NCBI RefSeq assembly: GCF_054482525.1
Contig: NZ_CM137006.1
DNA length: 64,000 nucleotides
Reading direction: 5' to 3' (one strand)
Made by a program: the position numbers and the translations under genes. Shown piece after piece: positions 53,691-64,000 of the stretch (the first letter of the stretch is position 1; the number at the start of each line of letters is the position of its first letter). Under the pieces are notes generated by a model, which was not told the DNA's origin, did not search any database, and saw only the letters and a program-made list of their open reading frames with translations.

Positions 53691-54230
53691 TTAATTAAAC
53701 CAGCTGTCCGATTTGTTCTCTTCTGCTTTGCCCACGCTTTTCATCAGATCTCGACCGCCCTCAGTCATATTCCTGTTTGCGTCAGCTTCAGATTGCACCA
53801 CATCGGTTTGCGCAGCTTTGTGCTTCAGTTCCTGATCGATAAATTCGTTTTCTCGCTTAACGCGGGCTTCTTCTTTCGCCAGCGCCAGTTTTTGTTTCTG
53901 AATCTCTAAGCTGCGTAGCTCATCTTCATAACTTTGATCGCGTTTTTTGTCCGCAGAGGCTTCGGCGTCCAGTTTATCCTGACGAGCTTTCTTATTTGCC
54001 GCTGCCGTTGCCGCTCTTTTGTTAGCGGCGGCCTGGGCGTTTGCGCGACGTTGCTTCTCTTGCTGGATTTCCCTGTTGCGCTCCGCGACCCATTCGTCAT
54101 GCTGCCTTTGCTCTTCATTTTTACCTTGCTGTTCCGCTTCTGCGACAGCAGAGAGTTGATCCTGCAATGATGAGGCGATAGCCGGATAGCTTAAGGAGGC
54201 TAAGATGGCGCAAAGAAAAACTTTCTTCAT
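53691..54230 (-). CDS. yfgI: YfgI (secreted coiled-coil protein)
   Basis: 179 aa with a signal peptide (MKKVFLCAILASLSYPAIA) and Lys/Glu/Gln-rich repeats. Its position is as in K-12. Confidence 0.85.
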   Translation of the reverse strand: MKKVFLCAILASLSYPAIASSLQDQLSAVAEAEQQGKNEEQRQHDEWVAERNREIQQEKQRRANAQAAANKRAATAAANKKARQDKLDAEASADKKRDQSYEDELRSLEIQKQKLALAKEEARVKRENEFIDQELKHKAAQTDVVQSEADANRNMTEGGRDLMKSVGKAEENKSDSWFN

Positions 54231-54245
54231 GACTCCTCCTGATCA

Positions 54246-54764
54246 TTAGCTCTTTTCAGGACATTTGGTATTTGGCTGAATACGCGTTTCGTTATACGTC
54301 GTGGTAATAACAACGGCTAAACCTGTCGTAAACTGGCACTCTTTACCCACCTGGGTGGAGGTATACACTTTGGTGCCTTCCTTATACGTTAGAGAAACAC
54401 CTTCCACTAAGGTTTTATCATTCACCATAGAACCCGCTGCCGCGCCAACAGCTCCGCCGCCAACTGCACCTGCCGTCGTTCCGGAATTGCTGCCAGACCC
54501 GACGTTGTGGCCAATAACACCGCCAGCGACTGCACCAATAAGCGCGCCGAAGGCTTGTGCGTTTCGTTTATTTTGGGAGTTGTCTACGGCAACTTTTGCG
54601 GGAAGAATGGAAATAATATTAACGGTTTTAGTTTCTTGTTTGGTATTCAGTTGATCGGTTTGATAAACATCGGCGGCATGATCATCAGCATTTGACTGGC
54701 ATCCTGCCAGAGTGAATGACGCTAACATTGCCACAGGCAGAAGACATTTTTTAAATTTCATCAC
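54246..54764 (-). CDS. yfgH: Outer-membrane lipoprotein YfgH (glycine-zipper)
   Basis: 172 aa with the lipobox LAGC and GALIGAVAGGVIGHNVGSG. Confidence 0.85.
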   Translation of the reverse strand: MMKFKKCLLPVAMLASFTLAGCQSNADDHAADVYQTDQLNTKQETKTVNIISILPAKVAVDNSQNKRNAQAFGALIGAVAGGVIGHNVGSGSNSGTTAGAVGGGAVGAAAGSMVNDKTLVEGVSLTYKEGTKVYTSTQVGKECQFTTGLAVVITTTYNETRIQPNTKCPEKS

Positions 54765-55074
54765 TATTCCTTGTTATACACATTACGAAAAATAAGACAT
54801 TTAAGATCATCAAAAGAGGAAAGTAAATGTATTGCGTATAAAGGAATAGATTAAATTTATTAAAATTCATGTGGAAAATAATTTATAAAAATACATCATT
54901 AAAACATATGTATTAATTTTATATTTATTTCGCAGCCAAACAGGATAAACATCAGTCAGGACAAAGACGTAAAATTTAAGATGAAAGAATATCTGCCGCT
55001 TTGATAATCCCAAAGAGCAAAAGCATCCGACAGCGAGGTGCCGTTATGTTCTGTGAAAGTTGAGAAGGTAACCG

Positions 55075-55266
55075 CTAACGTTGTACCGGTGATTCGACGG
55101 AGAGTGTGGATTGCTGAGCTTCTTTTTTGCTCTGATGGTGCTGCCATGCACCGACGGACGAGTAGATAAAACGGCCAAAGAAGAAGATAAAGCTGATGAG
55201 CAGTACGATACGGGTCATGCGACTGTTAAATCGGTGTCGTTTTCGCATACTGGTTGCCTGACTCAC
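55075..55266 (-). CDS. yfgG: Small membrane protein YfgG
   Basis: 63 aa, MSQATSMRKRHRFNSRMTRIVLLISFIFFF. Confidence 0.75.
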   Translation of the reverse strand: MSQATSMRKRHRFNSRMTRIVLLISFIFFFGRFIYSSVGAWQHHQSKKEAQQSTLSVESPVQR

Positions 55267-55617
55267 AAAAGGTTCCTTGAAGTATGTCCCACGCTGTGGA
55301 CGGTACTTACATTAAGGCACAACAGGACAAAATGGTCAATTCTTCGTTATGTAAAAAAGCGTCAGTGGATACATATTTTAATGTTATGGAAGTTAATTTA
55401 ATTATTTACAATGATGATGTAATAATGATGAATTAACATGATAAACGTAATAATTCATTAATCAGGGTTATTTTGTTTGATATATATCAATTGGAACTTT
55501 CATATGACACTTAGAATCAATGCTCTCTATAGTGATGAATAATCATCATTCGAAGTCAGGTGGGATGCCTGTCTGAATACACCTCCTTCAGGATGTGGGG
55601 GATTCTGCTGAGCATCT

Positions 55618-57861
55618 ATGAAACTGAATGCAACTTATATAAAAATACGTGATAAATGGTGGGGGCTTCCGCTGTTCCTGCCTTCTTTAATCTTGCCCAT
55701 TTTCGCCCACATTAATACTTTCGCGCATATTTCTTCCGGTGAGGTTTTTCTCTTTTATCTGCCTCTGGCTCTGATGATCAGCATGATGATGTTTTTCAGC
55801 TGGGCGGCATTGCCAGGGATCGCCTTAGGGATTTTTGTCCGCAAATATGCAGAGCTGGGTTTTTACGAAACGCTCTCATTAACGGCTAATTTTATTATCA
55901 TTATCATTCTCTGTTGGGGCGGTTACAGGGTCTTTACTCCCCGGCGTAACAACGTTTCACATGGTGATACCCGTTTAATTTCCCAGCGTATATTCTGGCA
56001 GATTGTGTTTCCTGCAACGCTGTTTCTGATACTTTTCCAGTTTGCTGCGTTTGTAGGATTACTGGCGAGCAGAGAAAATCTGGTCGGCGTCATGCCTTTT
56101 AACCTCGGGACCTTAATCAATTATCAGGCCTTACTGGTGGGCAATCTGATTGGTGTCCCGCTGTGCTACTTCATCATTCGTGTAGTGCGAAATCCGTTTT
56201 ATTTACGTAGTTATTATTCGCAATTAAAACAGCAGGTTGATGTCAAAGCCACCAAAAAAGAGTTCGCACTCTGGCTACTGGCATTAGGTGCTTTACTGCT
56301 GCTGTTATGCATGCCGTTAAATGAAAAAAGCACAATTTTTAGCACCAACTATACCTTGTCATTATTGCTGCCCCTGATGATGTGGGGAGCGATGCGCTAT
56401 GGTTATAAGCTGATTTCGCTGCTCTGGGCGGTCGTGTTGATGATCAGCATCCACAGCTATCAAAATTACATTCCCATTTATCCTGGCTATACCACGCAGC
56501 TGACCATAACCTCCTCCAGTTATCTGGTATTCTCTTTTATTGTCAATTATATGGCTGTACTGGCAACCCGTCAGAGAGCGGTAGTCAGACGCATTCAGCG
56601 GCTTGCGTATGTGGACCCGGTAGTTCATCTGCCAAATGTTCGCGCCCTGAATCGCGCGTTGCGTGATGCCCCCTGGTCTGCGCTTTGTTATTTACGCATC
56701 CCTGGCATGGAAATGCTGGTTAAAAACTATGGCATCATGCTACGGATTCAGTACAAGCAAAAACTTTCTCACTGGCTGTCACCATTGCTGGAACCGGGTG
56801 AAGATGTTTATCAGCTATCGGGTAACGATCTCGCGCTGCGACTGAATACAGAATCGCACCAGGAGCGCATTACCGCACTGGATAGCCATCTCAAGCAATT
56901 TCGTTTCTTTTGGGATGGAATGCCGATGCAACCGCAGATTGGCGTCAGTTACTGCTATGTGCGCTCGCCAGTGAATCATATCTACTTACTGCTGGGAGAG
57001 CTAAATACGGTCGCCGAACTTTCCATCGTGACCAACGCCCCAGAAAATATGCAGCGTCGCGGGGCAATGTATTTGCAACGCGAATTGAAAGATAAAGTCG
57101 CGATGATGAATCGGCTACAGCAGGCGCTGGAACACAACCATTTTTTCCTGATGGCCCAGCCGATTACCGGTATGCGTGGCGATGTCTACCATGAAATTCT
57201 TCTGCGTATGAAAGGTGAGAATGATGAACTGATCAGCCCCGACAGCTTCTTGCCGGTCGCGCACGAATTTGGTTTATCGTCGAGTATCGACATGTGGGTC
57301 ATTGAACATACGCTGCAATTTATGGCTGAAAACAGAGCGAAGATGCCCGCTCACCGTTTTGCCATTAATCTGTCGCCAACCTCGGTATGTCAGGCTCGTT
57401 TTCCCGTTGAAGTCAGTCAGCTGCTGGCTAAATATCAGATTGAAGCGTGGCAACTTATTTTTGAAGTCACCGAAAGTAATGCTCTGACCAATGTTAAGCA
57501 GGCGCAAATCACCTTGCAGCATCTTCAGGAATTAGGCTGCCAGATTGCGATTGATGATTTCGGCACCGGCTACGCCAGCTATGCGCGGCTTAAAAATGTG
57601 AATGCCGATTTGCTTAAAATTGACGGCAGTTTTATCCGCAATATTGTGTCAAATAGTCTGGATTATCAGATAGTGGCGTCGATTTGCCACCTGGCGCGAA
57701 TGAAGAAAATGCGGGTAGTGGCAGAGTATGTTGAAAACGAAGAGATCCGCGAGGCGGTGCTCTCTTTGGGGATCGATTATATGCAGGGTTATCTTATTGG
57801 TAAGCCGCAACCGTTAATTGATACGCTGAATGAAATCGAACCCATTCGCGAAAGTGCCTGA
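55618..57861 (+). CDS. pdeF: Cyclic-di-GMP phosphodiesterase PdeF (YfgF): membrane sensor domain, degenerate GGDEF, EAL
   Basis: 747 aa with a multi-TM N-terminus and EAL-domain motifs EVTES and DDFGTGYAS. Confidence 0.9.
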   Translation: MKLNATYIKIRDKWWGLPLFLPSLILPIFAHINTFAHISSGEVFLFYLPLALMISMMMFFSWAALPGIALGIFVRKYAELGFYETLSLTANFIIIIILCWGGYRVFTPRRNNVSHGDTRLISQRIFWQIVFPATLFLILFQFAAFVGLLASRENLVGVMPFNLGTLINYQALLVGNLIGVPLCYFIIRVVRNPFYLRSYYSQLKQQVDVKATKKEFALWLLALGALLLLLCMPLNEKSTIFSTNYTLSLLLPLMMWGAMRYGYKLISLLWAVVLMISIHSYQNYIPIYPGYTTQLTITSSSYLVFSFIVNYMAVLATRQRAVVRRIQRLAYVDPVVHLPNVRALNRALRDAPWSALCYLRIPGMEMLVKNYGIMLRIQYKQKLSHWLSPLLEPGEDVYQLSGNDLALRLNTESHQERITALDSHLKQFRFFWDGMPMQPQIGVSYCYVRSPVNHIYLLLGELNTVAELSIVTNAPENMQRRGAMYLQRELKDKVAMMNRLQQALEHNHFFLMAQPITGMRGDVYHEILLRMKGENDELISPDSFLPVAHEFGLSSSIDMWVIEHTLQFMAENRAKMPAHRFAINLSPTSVCQARFPVEVSQLLAKYQIEAWQLIFEVTESNALTNVKQAQITLQHLQELGCQIAIDDFGTGYASYARLKNVNADLLKIDGSFIRNIVSNSLDYQIVASICHLARMKKMRVVAEYVENEEIREAVLSLGIDYMQGYLIGKPQPLIDTLNEIEPIRESA

Positions 57862-57865
57862 ATAA

Positions 57866-57894
57866 TGCGGGCCGACATTTCTTGTCGGCCCGCA
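57866..57894. terminator. Bidirectional terminator between pdeF and ppx
   Basis: TGCGGGCCGACA-tttct-TGTCGGCCCGCA. Confidence 0.75.
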
Positions 57895-57899
57895 AAGCA

Positions 57900-61512
<3,613 letters not shown>

Positions 61513-61683
61513 TACCACTTTTACTCCGTTTTATTCACGGGACACTGCCTGGATATTATGGCGAGCAATATTGGCAGATGTCCAACTATGCCAGAAAAGG
61601 GGGAAAAAAACTGCTGGAGCTTGCGATTTACAGGTGAATTGAAAAACGCCAGCGGCAGAGCTGGCGCTTTAACTACGGGGGCA

Positions 61684-62321
61684 TTACTCGTCGGCAGCGT
61701 AGCCCTGCGGCGGCAGACGTTGACCATCCAGCCACGCGGCGTTTTCGTGCATTTTCAGACGACCATCGGCAAACCAGCTAATCACCAGTGGATAAATAGC
61801 GTGTTCCTGGGTTTGCACGCGGGCGGTGATGTCATCTTCCGTATCACCAGCAAATACCGGGACTTTCGCCTGTAAAATAACCGGGCCACCGTCCAGTTCA
61901 TCGGTGACGAAATGCACCGATGTACCGTGCTCTTCATCGCCATTTTCCAGCGCCTGACGATGGGTGTGTAATCCGGGATATTTCGGCAGCAGAGAAGGGT
62001 GAATGTTCAGCAAACGCCCGGCATAGTGGGAGACAATCGCCGGGCTGAGAATGCGCATAAAACCAGCCAGCACGACCACATCGGGTGCGTACATGTCGAT
62101 TTCATGAATCAACTCCCGGTCATAGGCTTCACGACTGTCAAACGCGCTGGCGATGAGCGTATGCGTTGCAATACCCGCCTGGCGGGCGCGTTCAAGGCCG
62201 AACGCGTCAGCCTTATTGCTGAAAACTGCCCGTACGGTGCCTTTAATTTTATTGGTTTTGCAGGCGTCAATAATTGCCTGCAAATTACTTCCGTTGCCGG
62301 AAATAAGCACCACAATATTCA

Positions 62322-62322
<1 letters not shown>
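61684..62322 (-). CDS. purN: Phosphoribosylglycinamide formyltransferase
   Basis: 212 aa with MNIVVLISGNGSNLQAIIDA. The ATG overlaps the purM stop (TAATG). Confidence 0.95.
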
Positions 62323-63377
<1,055 letters not shown>

Positions 63378-63422
63378 TTACTTGCGGTAGAAAAATAAAA
63401 TTCGGCGCAATTCTAACAGGGA

Positions 63423-63438
63423 AAGCAAACGTTTGCGA
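63423..63438. promoter_or_regulatory. PurR operator of purMN
   Basis: AAGCAAACGTTTGCGA matches the palindromic pur box core GCAAACGTTTGC, about 65 nt upstream of the purM start. Confidence 0.75.
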
Positions 63439-63683
63439 GACTGCTTTACACAACCTTTTTGTACGTCTTTTCCCCAGGCGCGCGGCAAAACAATACTTGT
63501 ACCAGGGCAAAGGATCGTTTTCGGATGGAATAATCTTCTTCCATAACTATTTGAATATAAAATAACTTTATCTCAAACCGTTATCATTTTGACTAAAGTC
63601 AACGAAAATAATATTGCCGCCTTGAAGAAAGGAGGTATAATCCGTCGATTTTTTTTGTGGCTGCCCCTCAAAGGAGAAAGAGT

Positions 63684-64000
63684 ATGAAGATCGTGGAAGT
63701 CAAACACCCACTCGTCAAACACAAGCTGGGACTGATGCGTGAGCAAGATATCAGCACCAAGCGCTTTCGCGAACTCGCTTCCGAAGTGGGTAGCCTGCTG
63801 ACTTACGAAGCGACCGCCGACCTAGAAACGGAAAAAGTAACTATCGAAGGCTGGAACGGCCCGGTAGAAATCGACCAGATCAAAGGTAAGAAAATTACCG
63901 TTGTGCCAATTCTGCGTGCGGGTCTGGGGATGATGGACGGTGTGCTGGAAAACGTTCCGAGCGCGCGCATCAGCGTCGTCGGTATGTACCGTAATGAAGA
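63684..64000 (+). CDS. upp: Uracil phosphoribosyltransferase, 3' end cut by window edge
   Basis: AAGGAG lies upstream of the ATG. The hand translation is [44 protein letters not shown]. It is not in the ORF track because no stop codon falls in the window. Confidence 0.9.

Noticed and set aside
54765-55617. Very AT-rich gaps around yfgH, yfgG and pdeF, considered as a possible remnant island or small-RNA locus.
   Set aside because: The gene order yfgI-yfgH-yfgG-pdeF is the normal K-12 arrangement. The AT-rich DNA is consistent with ordinary promoter regions. The 63-aa ORF at 54956-55147 overlaps the yfgG 3' end and has no supporting signals.

Overview
This window is an E. coli-type chromosomal segment, rlmN-rodZ-ispG-hisS-yfgM-bamB-der-yfgJ-xseA-guaB-guaA on the left and yfgI-yfgH-yfgG-pdeF(yfgF)-ppx-ppk-purN-purM-upp on the right. 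A prophage of about 40.5 kb (13100-53651) interrupts it, inserted in the guaA terminator hairpin. By gene order and recognisable proteins the prophage looks like an epsilon15/phiV10-type temperate podovirus. It has a P4-type integrase, a leftward RecT/exonuclease/MT-A70 arm, a double-HTH repressor divergent from a cro-like gene, and O-like/lambda-P-like replication genes. These are followed by terS/terL, a T7-like portal, capsid genes, tail tubular A/B-like genes, three giant internal virion proteins, a beta-helix tailspike, a GH19 endolysin and nested spanins. The features most worth a second look are listed here. (1) A 17-bp dyad, TTACC-N5-GGTAA, occurs 13 times at the head of nearly every transcription unit. 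(2) An accessory island at about 45.3-48.3 kb holds a perfect LexA box in front of a small ORF, and that ORF is a stand-alone copy of the C-terminal domain of the neighbouring Bro-N antirepressor. (3) A structured, terminator-containing leader lies between those two genes and shows two hairpins displaying the same loop sequence. (4) A YafO-like toxin gene has an unrecognised small upstream partner. (5) A cluster of tiny membrane and secreted proteins sits in the same island. (6) A reverse-strand moron (140-aa ORF plus tRNA-Arg-UCU plus a 320-bp ORF-free stretch) is wedged between terL and the portal gene. (7) A 12-bp palindrome, GTGACATGTCAC, occurs three times beside terminators at module borders. 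(8) An iteron-like repeat inside the O-like gene is read in two different frames. All product calls come from reading the translations and motifs. No database search was run, and statements about epsilon15/phiV10 are from memory and need checking.
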